From the human T2T-CHM13v2.0 reference genome, Homo sapiens: a stretch of 64,000 bases of DNA. Positions 26,934 through 39,175 of this stretch are shown here, piece by piece; the stretch's first letter is position 1; each line of letters opens with the position of its first letter. Where the stretch lies: NCBI RefSeq assembly GCF_009914755.1, contig NC_060947.1. One strand, given 5' to 3'. The translations under genes and the position numbers were made by a program. Under the pieces are notes generated by a model that was given only the letters and a program-made list of their open reading frames with translations, was not told where the DNA came from and ran no database searches.

Positions 26934-29900
26934 TGAAAGAGCTGAAATTGTGGAAAAACAGACACAAGCTCTTATCACGTGAGGGGCTGACCTTCAATGA
27001 AAGATGCATGCACAGCCTCGCCAGATGTCTACTGTTAAAGTGAGGGCATTGACTGGAAAAGAATGGGACCCTGCAACTTGGAATGGGGACGGTGAGGGAG
27101 GACCCTGATGAAGCTGGGGACACTGAGTTTGTAAACTCCAATGAACCTTTTTTTGCCAGAAGGAACAGCTTCCCCATCCCCTGTAATGGCAACATCCTTT
27201 CCCTGACCCATGGCTGCCATCAGCCTTTCCACCTTTGTCTGAGGAGATAAACCCTGTGCTGCCTGAGGCAACAGTGATGGCCTCCCCTGAGGCAGTTGCC
27301 AGACAAAATAATGTTGATTCTCCTCAGGAGCCACCCCTAACACCCCTGTTTGCTTCTAGATCTATCACTAAAGTCCCAGCAGGCCCCTAGAGGTGAGGTT
27401 GAGAATGTGACCCATGAGGAGGTGCGCTACACTCGAAAAGAACCATTTGAGTTCTATAATTGATATAAACAGAAATTTTGGAGAACAGGCATGGGAATAG
27501 ATATTAAGGGTATGGGATAATGGTGGAAAGAACATAGAGTTGGATCAGGCTGAATTTATTGATTTGGGCCCACTAAGTAGGGACTCTGCTTTTAATTTTG
27601 CAGCTGGGGAGTTAAAAAAAGGTTCTAAGAGTTTATTTGCTTGGTTAGCTGAAATATAGATTCAAAGATGGTGGTAAAGGCCAAATGGAAGCCATTAGAG
27701 CTGCTCCTACCTAGAAAAATAGTGAATAAAAACAGTATCCCATCCCTGGAGGGATTGTGGAGATTAGTGTCACCATCAATGCACCTTGAAAGATGCAGGG
27801 ATGGTGATTCCCACCACATCCCCATTCAGCTCTCTTATTTGGCCTGTGCAGAAGACAGATGGATCTTGGAGAATGACAGTGGATTATCGTAAGCTTAACC
27901 AAGTGGTGATTTCAGTTGCAGCTGCTGTACCAGATGTGGTTTCATTGCTTGAGCAAATTAACACATCTTCTGGTAATTGGTATGCAGCCATTGACTTGGC
28001 AAATGCCTTTTTTTCCATTCCTGTCCATAAGGCCCACTAGAAGCAATTTGCCTTTAGCAGCAATATACCTTTACTCTCCTACCTTAGGGGTATATCACTT
28101 CTCCAGCTTTGTGTCATAATCTCGTTTGGAGAGACCTTGATTGCTTTTTGCTTCCACAAGACATCACACTGGTCCATTGCATTGATGATATTATGCTGAT
28201 TGGATCCAGTGAAAAGAAGTAGCAAACACACTGGACTTATTGGTGAGACATTTGCGTGCCAGAGGATGGGAAATAAATCCAGCGAAAATTAATGGACCTT
28301 CTACCTCAGTAAAATTTTTAGAGGTCCAGTCGTTTGGGGCCTGTCAAGATATTTCTTCTAAGGTAAAGGATAAGTTGCTGCATTTGGCCCATTCTACAAC
28401 CAAGAAAGAGGCACAACGCCTAGTGGGCCTATTTGGATTTTGGAGGAAACACATTTTTCATTTGGGTGTATTATTGTGGTTCATTTATTGAGTGACCTGA
28501 AAGGCTGCCAGTTTTGAGTGGGGTCCAGAACAGGAGAAGGCTCTGCAACAGGTCCAGGCTGCTGTGCAAGCTGCTCTGCCACTTGGGCCATATGACCAGC
28601 AGATCCAATGGTGCTTGGGGTGTCAGTGGCAGATAGGGATGCTGTTTGGAGCCTTTGGCAGGCCCCCATAGGTGAATCACAGTGGAGGCCTCTAGGATTT
28701 TGGAGCAAGTCCCTGCCATCTTCTGCAGATAACTACTCTCCTTTTGAGAGACAGCTCTTGGCCTGTTACTGGGCTTTGGTGGAAACTTAACCTTTACCTA
28801 TGGGTCATCAAGTCACCATACAGCCTGAACTGCCTTTCATAAACTGGGTGCTTTCTGACCCACCTAGCCATAAAGTGCGTCGTGCACAGCAGCATTCCAT
28901 CATCAAATGGAAGTGGTATATACAAGATCGGGCTCAAGCAGGTCCTGAAGGCACAAGTAAGTTACCTGAGGAAGTGGCTCAAATGCCCATTGTCTCCACT
29001 CCTGCCACCCTGCCTTCTCTCCCCCAGCCTGCACCGATGGCCTCATGGGGAGTTCCCTATGATCAGTTGACAGAGGAAGAAAAGACTAGGGCCCGGTTCA
29101 CAGATGGTTCTGCACAATATGCAGGCACCACCCGAAAGTAGACAGCTCAAGCACTACAGCCCCTTTCTAGGACATCCCTGAAGGACAGTGGTGAAGGGAA
29201 ATCTTCCCAGTGGGCAGAACTTTGAGCAGTGCACCTGGTTGTGCACTTTGCATGGACAGAGAAATGGCCAGATGTGCGATTATATACTGATTCATGGGCT
29301 GTAGCCAGTGGTTTGGCTGGATGGTCAGGGACTTTGGAAGAAGCATGATTGGAAAATTGGTGACTAAAAAATTTGGGGAAGAGGTATGTGGATCGTCCTC
29401 TCTGAGTGGTAAAAAACAAGATATTTGTATCCCATGTGAGTGCTCACCAACAGGTGAAGTCAGCAGAGGAGGAGTTCAGTTGTCAAGTAGGTAGGATGAC
29501 CCATTCTGTGGACACCACTCAGCCTCTTTCCCGAGCCATCCCTGTCATTGCCCAATGGGACTATGACCATAATGGCCATGGTGGCAGGGATGGAGGTTAC
29601 CCATGGGCTCAGCAACATGAGCTTCCACTCACCAAGGCTGACCTGGCTACGGCCACTGCTGAGTGCCCAATTTGCCAGCAACAGAGACCATCACTGAGCC
29701 CTCGATGTGGCACCATTCCTCGGGGTGACCAGCTAGCCACCTGGTGTTAGATTGATTATATTGTACCTCTTCCATCATGGAAAGGGCAGAAGTTTGTCCT
29801 CACTGGAATAGACACTTACTCCAGATATGGGTTTGCCTATCCTGCATGCAATGCTTCTGCCAAGGCTACCATCTGTGGACTCATGGAATGCTTTATCCAC

Positions 29901-30084
29901 CATCATGGTATTTCACACAGCATTGCCTTTGACCAAGGCACTCACTTTGTGGCTAAAGAAGTGCAGCATTGGGATCATGCTCATGGAATTCACTGGTCTT
30001 ACCATGTTCCCCTTCATCCTGAAGCAGCTGGATTGATAGAGTGGTGGAATGGCCTTTTGGAGTCTCAATTACAATGCCAACTAG

Positions 30085-30468
30085 GTGACAATACTGCAGG
30101 GCTGGGGCAAAGTTCTCCAGAAGGCCGTGTATACTCTGAATCAGCATCCAATATATGGTACTGTTTCTCCCATAGCCAGGATTCATGGGTCCAGGAATCA
30201 AGGAGTGGAAGTGGAGGTGACACCACTCACAATCACCCCTAGTGATCCACTAGCAAAATTGTTGCTTCCTCTTCCTGCGACATTATGTTCTGCTGGCCTA
30301 GAGGTCTTAGTTCCAGAGAGAGGAATGCTGCCACCAGGAGACACAACAACGATCCCATTAAACTGGAAGTTCAGATTGCCAGGACACTTTGGGCTCCTTC
30401 TACCTTTAAGTCAACAGGCTAAGAAGGGAGTTACAGTGTTGGCTGGGGTGATTGACCCTGACTATTAA
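30085..30468 (+). pseudogene. HERV-L integrase C-terminus / dUTPase remnant
   Basis: ORF contains PPGDTTTIPLNWK…GHFGLLLP…GVTVLAGVIDPDY (dUTPase motifs) and then stops prematurely. Confidence 0.85.
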
Positions 30469-31097
30469 GATGAAATCAGTCTACTACTCCACAACGGAGG
30501 TCAGGAAGAGTATGCATGGACTACAGGAGATCCATTAGGGCATCTCTTAGTATTACCATGCCCTCTGATTAAGGTCAATGGGAAACGACAACAGCCCAAT
30601 CCAGACAGGACTACAGATGACCCAGGCCCTTCAGGAATGAAGGTTTGGGTCACTCCACCAGGAAAAAAACTATGACCTGCTGAGGTACTTGCTGAAGGCA
30701 AAGGGAATACGGAATGGGTAGTAAAAGAAGATAGTCATCAGTATCAGCTACTACCACGTAACCAGCTGCAGAAACAAGGACTGTAATTGTCGTGAGTATT
30801 TCCTCCTTTTTTTGTTAAAAACATGTTTGTATGCATGTGTACACTTGTTCTAAGAAAATATCTTCATTTTTTCCCTTTTCTTTATCATGTGGCATAAGAT
30901 TTATTGACATTATATCAGCATTTAAGTATTGTTAACTTTATGTAATAGTATTTGGGTTGGGGATTGGTGTGTTTCCGGTTGTAGAAAGAATAGTTGTATT
31001 ATGGTAGGCATAATTATGACCTCATTATTGTCTTTATTTGAAGATTATGTATGATCTCAGGAGATGTGTATGGGTTCAAGTTGACAAGGGGTGGACT

Positions 31098-31476
31098 TGT
31101 GATGATTAATACTGAGTGTCACCTTGATTGGAGTGAAGGATACAAAGTATTGATCTTGGGTGTGTCTGTGTGGGTGTTGCCAAAAGAGATTAACATTAGA
31201 GTCAGTGGGCTGGGGAAAGTAGATCCATCCTTAATCTGGTGGGCACAATCTAATCAGCTTCTAGTGAATATAAAGCAGGCAGAAAAACGCGAAAAGGCAA
31301 GACAGGCCTAGCCTCCCAGCCTACATCTTTCTCCCGTGCTGGATGCTTCTTGCTCTTGAACATTGGACTCCAAGTTCTTCAGTTTTGGGACTCGGACTGG
31401 CTCTCCTTGCTCCTCAGCTTGCAGATGGCCTATTATGGCCTCGTGATAATGTAAGTTAATGCTTAATAAGCTCCCC

Positions 31477-31514
<38 letters not shown>

Positions 31515-31607
31515 CACACACACATATATACGTACATATATATATATGTGTGTGTGTATATATATATATATTAGTTCTGTCACTCTAAGAGAACCCTGAC
31601 TAATACA
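31098..31607 (+). mobile_element. MLT2A1-type 3' LTR
   Basis: TGTGATG…GAACCCTGACTAATACA; about 10% divergent from the 5' LTR by my manual count over ~380 bp. Confidence 0.92.
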
Positions 31608-31969
31608 ACAACTGAGCAGGATATATTAATATCAGTGCTGAGCCACTGGTTTGTGGGTATGTCATTTCCACAAAGACATCAAAATGCCATTTAGTTTGTT
31701 TTGGTCCACCATTCAATAATACCTCCCTTTAGCATTGAATGAAAGTATTTTATTAACATTTATTTATGCTTACAATTATTTCACATCTTTGTCAAGGCAA
31801 ATTATGTAGAGTGCTTTGTTTTTTAAGTTTAATATTTGTAAAGTATGTGGAAGTTTAAGTATACATGCATATAAAAACTTGAATGATGAATTCTCCTACC
31901 TTTCCTTTTGTAATATGCAGTTTTTGCATGTAACAACATACAAAATGTTCATTTGGAAACACTTTAGTA

Positions 31970-32019
31970 AGTATGAAATTCAGAGTATATTTAGAGTATG
32001 AAATTCAGAATATATTTAA
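31970..32019. repeat. 25-bp tandem duplication
   Basis: AGTATGAAATTCAGAGTATATTTAG / AGTATGAAATTCAGAATATATTTAA. Confidence 0.85.
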
Positions 32020-32799
32020 AGTCAGTTAAATATATTCTTTTGCTGAGTTTCTGAAATTCCATTTATGGATGGTTCAAAACACCATACTCCCATTGGGAGG
32101 AGAGGAGTGACTGCCTCTCATTTTTCCTTGTTCTTTTCATTTTAATTGGCTCCTATATACCACTCTTATCTTTTCAAGGTTTTCCACATTTAAGAAAAAA
32201 AGCAAATTCATTCAGATTCTGTTTTTCTGCCTGCAATCACTTATACAGGAATAAGTGAGTCCTTATGGGGAGCATTTAATTCCTAAAGTTTGCATTTTTC
32301 TAAAGGATTTTCCTTTTACCCAAAGCATGTGTTGATGTGTAAGTCTTAAGTACTACTTCAAGTTTCTAAGAAGATCCTTAATTGAGATCTCTTTCAGTAG
32401 TTACAGGGGCAAAATAAGCACTGCAGAGGTCCATGTGAGAGTTCTATTATACATACTGGGCTATATGACTATTTGTTCTATAGTGGAAGGACAAGAAAGA
32501 GGCCATAATGTACTTAGTGATGGAACAGTTGATATTTATGCCACCCCTTACCTCAAGTGAGTAACTGTGTACTTGAAGTCACTTTGGCAGATATTCTGAA
32601 GGGAAGAAAGTTTTTGCCCTTAAAAGTTATTAGGGGTGTGTGTATGTATGTGTTTAAATGTGTGTATATGTATAAATGTGAGTGTGTATGTATGTGTATA
32701 TGTGCATATACATGTATGTGTGTATACATATAACATGCATATATGTATACTCTATGCATATATGTAATGTGAATATATGCACACACATACATATATATA

Positions 32800-33010
32800 T
32801 GACTTTATTTTTTAGAATTGTTTTTAGTTCACAACAAATTGATCTGAAGGTCTAGAGCTTTCTGATTTACCACCTGTTCTTCCACCATGGCATTTCCCAC
32901 TATCCATATCCCCCACCAGAATGGTGCCCTTCTTATACCCCATGAACTTACATTGACACATCATTATCACCCCAAGTCCATAGATTATTTCAGGGTTCAC
33001 TCTTGGTTCC
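32800..33010 (-). mobile_element. Old L1M 3' end fragment
   Basis: TTTATTTTTTAG…CATTGACACATCATTATCACCCCAAGTCCATAG…GGGTTCACTCTTGG. Confidence 0.7.
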
Positions 33011-33994
33011 TTTTTTTTTTTTTAGTGACTATTTTTCTCATGTCACCTGTGCTAGTAGTCCCTGTTTTATTTTTCATAAAGAGAACATTTTATTTATACT
33101 TTTTTGTGACCGGGAAATGTTAGGTCAGAATATCAGAAACAAGTCACACTAAAACAAATGTAAAGATTCACTTTTCTTCTGAAAATGGCAAGACAGATAA
33201 GTTTTATTTACATACATATGCTTGAAACATTGCAGTTAGTCCCTTTAAATTCTAGACCGAAGCACATATTTTCTTTTGTTCCATAATAAATATTCCCTTT
33301 AAAGAATGGCTGATATCAAGAGCATCATGTCTCCTAATATGGTCTCACTCAACAGCTGAATGTTGAAATGTACAGCCACAAAGCACTAAATATATCCTTA
33401 GAACAATGATGTACTGAACAAAATTCAGAGGTCATATGCAAAGACAGCTCCCAAGGAAGTTTGCAAGTGGCAAGTCCTTTCCTTCAGCAACTGAAACCCA
33501 GGAGAAACAGAGTCTCTTGCCTCTGCTTCTTGGAGAGGGGTTCTCCTGACACCGGAGGGAAATGGCGATCTCATCTCCCTGATGTTAGTTAAAATTTCAT
33601 CTTGGATTGATAGGTTCATATCTTTGTGAAGATATCTAAATTAAGGTGATCCAGCCAAATCACTAAATACTCGGCTCACTCCTTAGGAGGAGCTTAACTC
33701 TGCCATGATTTCTGTGTACACACCTCATTTATTGCACTCAGAGTACAAAAGCTCTGAGATGTAAAATTGAACCAGGCAGCACATTGCATTCTTATCCAAG
33801 TGAATCAAGGCTTTCTCAGTGCTACTCATCCAAAGCACATTGAAATCAATTCTTCTTATTTATTTGTAAAACAGACAGTGATGATGGTGTCTGTGTCAGA
33901 GGGTTACTGTGAGTGTCAGAGGAAACGATGATGGTGAGAAGGTTAGACACATGGTACATGTTGAATTAATGTTAGCTATTAGTTACCAATACCT

Positions 33995-34335
33995 TCATGA
34001 TTTTTATTGGTATGTAATAGTTGTAAATATAAAAGGGTAAATGTGATATTTTGATTTGTGAATATGTAAATATCAGATCAGGGTAGTTGGAATATTCATT
34101 ATCTCAAAGTTTTATCATTTTTTGTGTCGAGAACATTGCAAATCTCATCTAGGTATTTTGAGATACAGGATAACTGTAGTTACTCGAGTGTGCTATTGAA
34201 CACTAGAACTTATTTCTTCCCTCTAACTGTATGTTTATACCCATTGTCCAGCATTTCTTTTTCCCTGACATCCCTCCTACCGTTTCCAGCCTCTGGTAAC
34301 CACCATTCTACTCACTACCTCCCTGAGATCAATTG
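33995..34335 (-). mobile_element. L1MA-like 3' end fragment
   Basis: …CCAGCCTCTGGTAACCACCATTCTACTC and other L1M 3' UTR motifs. Confidence 0.7.
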
Positions 34336-36287
34336 TGTCCAGGAATGAAAAGCAAATAAGTGGTAAAGATGGACTAGTTGATAGTTAATAACCATGACTG
34401 GTCTATTCTTTGTCTGCTACACTTTCTTTCCTCTATGTGTGGCAAGTGCCTACTTACTCTTTTAAGGCTTGTGTCAAAGACCACCGAATTCTTCACCTTT
34501 TCTGGAATCTGTTAGTTCTCAAACAAAATTGTGCCCGTTTTCTTCTCTTTTAGTGGTTCTGTACCTCTCAAACCCCGTATCGTGGCTGTGACTTAAACGT
34601 TACCCTTGAGAGTAAAACTTTTATCATAGTTTTGTTTTTGGAACCTTGCACATTTCTAGACATACAGGAGGTGCACAATATACATGTACTAAGTAAATGA
34701 ATGATTGGTCATTTGAAAGAATAAGTGTTGAATACACAGCAATTCTCCAATCTCTGTGTTTATGCAAACACAAGAATTAACTTTGCCTAATTCAAATATT
34801 ATATTGAAATTTATTCAAACTTCCCATTTTCCATGAATTAAGCAGACATCCGTTGTTACTAGATTTTCACTAATCAGTTAAATCTCTTTTGCCTTGTATC
34901 ATTTTAAAAGAGCATGTGGAACAAAATCAAACAGCTTAGGTAGTTTACATCTCTTGAGCTCACTATTTTAAGGAGCGAAGTTCACCCTGCCACTTGCCTA
35001 TCTGTCTCAGTACTCACACAACACTTGCATCGATGTCCTGCTAATGTACATCAAATCAAATATTCATACCTGCTTTTAAGTGTGCTCCCGTCAACAAACA
35101 GTTCACTTGGTTAGTATTATCTTCCATCCAGGATCAAGATAAAATATGTGCCAGAGAAAGATGCCTTATAGAGATTCTCACAATGTACTAGTTACACATA
35201 AATTAATTACTGGAGCAGACATTCCTACCTTTTAGAAAGTGAAGACTTGTTCATAGGAGTTGAGAGTGAAGAAAATCAATTCTTGTCGAACTGATAAATG
35301 TTCCTTCTAGATAGTTTACATTGCCATTAAAGCATAAAGTTGCCATTTTTCTTTATCTGTCAGCTACTTATTGCACAAGCTATTCTGGCTTTTCAAATCA
35401 TATCTTTTGGTCATTTGCCAAGTGCTTGGCAGTTGGGTACACATGGATTAGCCAGTAAAAGAATCTCAGAACTTTCCAGCTATTTTTGATCAGGTACACC
35501 TGTAAATCTTAAAAAGCCTATAAAGAAATACCTAACTAGCACATTGGATACAAGAAACAAAAATCTCACGTAGGAAAATAGTAGCTGAAGTTCTGAATGT
35601 TGACTCAACTTAGGAAATTGCAGGCATTAGGGAGAAAAATCCTTAAAGCTTAAAATTCCACTAGGTGGTAACCACTGTTAACACACACATGCATTTCCCT
35701 CTTCATATTTGGGAAATTGATGGTTGTGTTTTCTTTTTAGGGTGGAAGAAGGAATTCTCCCTTAAGGGAAGGAAAATATAGGAAAAAGAACCACTCTTTG
35801 AAGGCATCTGTTGTCCAAATCATGAGGAAGAGCTTGTAGTTCTGAGTTGCACAAATGTGCTTTAGTTGTTTTTCTGTAGGATACTTGGCGAGGTCACCTG
35901 TTTCACCATAGCTGTGTCCTCAGACCCAGTGTAGGAAAAGGGTAAAAAAATGTTGATTGGATAAATGTGTGACATTGCTAGTTCATACCTCTCTGAGCAT
36001 CTCTTGAAGCTGCTGCAGGTAAAATTCCTCCATCTTTTCTTCATTCTGTCACTTGCATATTGGGAGCCTTTCCTACTGCCCTTGTTATGTTGCTTTGGTT
36101 TGTGCGTGAATCTTTTCCATTACATATGTTTGTACTTCCAGGATCTCGCACATAACTGTGCTCAATAAATATCAAATGAATGCATGAATGACTGAACACA
36201 TGAGTTTCAGATGTCCTTTACAGCCTTTTCTCATTGAAGTATATGCTTGTTCTTTGCCTCTTAAAAAGGGGTACAACTCAATGAAAA

Positions 36288-37201
36288 TAGGGTTGCCAAA
36301 TGTTGCAAAACTAAGCGTAGTCTTAACAAAACTAAACATAGACATGCCATACGATGTAGAAATTACACTCCCTGGTAATTACCCAAATGAAAACTTATGT
36401 CCACACAAAAACTTGTATGCAAATGTTTAGCAGCTTTATCTATCATTACCAAAATTTGGAAGCAACTAAGATGTCCTTCAATGGGCGAGTGCCTAAACAA
36501 ATTGTGGCACATTCATACAATGCAATACCATTCAGCAATTGTAAGAAATGATCTAGCAAGCCATGAAATGATCAGAAGGAACCTGAAATGCATATTGCCA
36601 AAAGAAAAAAGCCAATCTGAAAAGGCTGCATGCTGTATGATTCCTGCTATATAGATGACATTATGGAAAAGGCAAAAGTATGGAGACAGTAAGATGTTTA
36701 ATGTTTACAGGGGCTGGGGACAGGGAAGGATCAATTGGTGGCGCACAGAGAATTTTTTAGGGCAGCCCAAATACTGCGCATCATACTAAAATGATGGATA
36801 CTTGTCATGATGCATTTGTCAATATAAAGAGTGAACCCTAATGGAAACTATGAACTTTAGGTTATAACGATGTATCATTATTGGCTCGTCAGTGATAACA
36901 AACCTATCAGTCTGAGGTGGGATATTGAAAGTGTGCATGTAGGTTTGTTGGGGAAGGAGGTACATGGGAACCTTACGTACTTACTGCTCAATTTTGTTGT
37001 GAATCTAAACCCATACTAAAAAATAAAGTCAACCCAAAAAGTACGAGGTACTCAAATAAATGCAAATTTCAGATACACAACGAATACTTTTTTAGTATAA
37101 GTGTGTCCCAGGCAGTCTTTAGGACATGATTATACAAAAAATATTTCATTGTTTACCTGAAATTCATGTTAAACAGTCCTGTATTTTATCTGGCAGCCCT
37201 A
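36288..37201. mobile_element. MER53 palindromic hAT MITE split by an L1M insertion (~36311-37035, + strand)
   Basis: Terminal inverted repeats TAGGGTTGCCA (36288) and TGGCAGCCCTA (37201); palindromic core at ~37065-37170; L1 ORF2 end and 3' UTR in between. Confidence 0.75.
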
Positions 37202-37809
37202 CTTGAGAGAAGACATCTGATCTTATAGCTTCTTGGTGTTCACCACAATGTCAGGGGAGATGTTGGGGACTTGGGCTTTGCTTCTTGGAGAGCTGCATGA
37301 GATGACTTCAGCAGTACTTCTTCCAGCTCAAGAAACCACACTACTGAAAAAACCTGGATAAACTGAACACACTTTGAGGAGAATAATGAGAAAGATGACT
37401 CAAAACCAAGTTTCAGGATGTGTGGTTGATGACACTGAGGTTATATAATCTGGAGAAGGGATGATCCAGGAGTAATGGGAAAGTTGTTGCTAAGGCATCT
37501 TTTTCATAAAGATTAATAAAGTCATTTTCTAAAGCTGCAAGGGGTAACAGCAGTGCCAGTGAGTGAAGGCCACAGCAAAGCCTATTTCAGCTGGCTGGTG
37601 GGATTCTTTTCTAATAGCAAGAGTCATTCAACAATGGAAGGGGCTTCTTTGAAAGGTGGTGCCTTGCTCTATCCTGGGTGTATTTGTACATAAGCTGGGT
37701 GATCCCATGGCAAGGGTGCTGATGTGAGCATTACCATATGAATGTGTAGACTGACTGGTGACACGTGTGTGTGGGCTCATGCACACAAAAGAACTTTAAC
37801 ATAGTACTG

Positions 37810-38045
37810 ACCTTTTCATTCATTTTTATTGAGATATTGCACATAGTACAAAATTTACCACTTTAAAGTATAACTATTCACTAGTTTTTAGTATATTCAC
37901 AAGGGTGTACAGGTATCACCATCTCCACTATCTAATTCCAGAACATTTCTGTCATCTCAAAAAGAAAGCCATTAGTAATCACCCTCCAATCTTCCCTTAT
38001 CCCAGCCCCTGGCAACCACTAATCTTTCTGTCTCTATGGATTTGG
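37810..38045 (-). mobile_element. L1MB-like 3' end fragment
   Basis: …CCCAGCCCCTGGCAACCACTAATCT…TCTGTCTCTATGGATTTG. Confidence 0.75.
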
Positions 38046-38239
38046 GACTGGTTAATATTTAAGGTAAGGTCCCCTTGAACTTGGAGATTCTCTTGTCTCT
38101 GTAAGGAGGCCCTTGGGATCCACCACCCAAACACAAGGAGGTCATTCCCAAGGACAAAGGAATCTCAGCACACTGGAATCAGTGTTAAACTCAGACCCTC
38201 AAGAAGTTAGAATGCACCGTCTTTAAATCCCACATTCTT

Positions 38240-38559
38240 TTTTTTAAATTTTTTTTTTAAATCTTCATTTGGATTGGTTTATTTTATTATTATTATACTT
38301 TAAGTTTTAGGTTACATGTGCACAATGTGCAGGTTAGTTACATATGTATACATGTGCCATGCTGGTGTGCTGCACCCATTAACTCGTCATTTAGCATTAG
38401 GTATATCTCCTAATGCTATCCCTCCCCCCTCCTCCCACCCCACAACAGTCCCCAGAGTGTGATGTTCACCTTCCTGTGTCCATGTGTTCTCATTGTTCAG
38501 TTCCCATCTATGAGTGAGAATATGCGGTGTTTGGTTCTTTGTTCTTGCGATAGTTTACT
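38240..38559 (-). mobile_element. L1PA2/3-like 3' end (~280 bp) with poly(A) and a short extra tail segment
   Basis: Near-consensus young L1 3' UTR; left TSD copy TAAATCCCACATTCTT at 38224-38239. Confidence 0.95.
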
Positions 38560-38596
38560 CTCCAGTGGTGCAATCGGTTAGCGCGTGGTACTTATA
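38560..38596 (+). pseudogene. tRNA-Ile(UAU) 5' exon retrocopy fused to L1
   Basis: CTCCAGTGGTGCAATCGGTTAGCGCGTGGTACTTATA against tRNA-Ile-TAT GCTCCAGTGGCGCAATCGGTTAGCGCGCGGTACTTATA: 35/37 identical, both differences CpG>TpG. Ends at anticodon+1; right TSD copy at 38595-38610. Confidence 0.9.
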
Positions 38597-38735
38597 AATC
38601 CCACATTCTTATGGCGGCACTGTCTGTTCAAATAATAGTTTTTTTTTTTTTTCGTTCCATATAAACATGCACTGGTGAGCCTGAGACTTAAAGGAAATGC
38701 CATGAAGTCAAAATAGTGAAAACTACATTTTACTT

Positions 38736-39175
38736 TGTCAACCTAAATAACAGAGAGTCTCTCCAAAAGAAAAGATGTTTATTTGTGAACAGGGCATTGC
38801 AATAGAAACACACATGCCATAGTAAACTATACGCCTATTCAGGGAGGTAAAGGAAGACAAAAGTTTTTAAAGGGAAAAATGAGGAGGATGATGTAACTGT
38901 TTTGAAATCATTATCTTTGACTACAAAAATCAATAACAAAGGTGACACCAGTCCGAGTTTGGTCAGGGAGTTGTTTGGCAGATGTCCTTATAGAAGTATT
39001 TTTTCTGTAAGGTTGCGATGACATTTGTGCAAGGTTGTGGTTTTTGCAGCCTTTTGTGATAGTTTTTGTTATCAGACCTACAAGCATGTGAACCATCTCC
39101 ATGGTTTTCCCTGGCTCTGTTTGCCAGGATTTTCTTAACACTAGTCACCCCCACTTCATTCTCACAACTTTCACA
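38736..39175 (-). mobile_element. MER65-like ERV1 solo LTR
   Basis: Reverse complement starts TGTGAAAGTTGTGAGAAT and ends TTATTTAGGTTGACA. Confidence 0.75.

Larger units (their letters stand above)
26485..31607 (+). mobile_element. HERV-L provirus, internally deleted and defective
   Basis: 5' LTR 26485-~26933; gag remnant; RT ([40 protein letters not shown] decayed to CIDD); RNase H (FTDGSA); integrase (H-H-C-C zinc finger); dUTPase (GVIDPDY); PPT GACAAGGGGTGGACT; 3' LTR 31098-31607. Confidence 0.95.

Noticed and set aside
27668-30468. HERV-L pol as a functional or domesticated gene
   Set aside because: Many stops and frameshifts, the RT YIDD motif is changed to CIDD, and the protease is deleted.
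38560-38596. Functional tRNA-Ile gene
   Set aside because: Only the 5' half is present: no B box, T arm or 3' acceptor strand.
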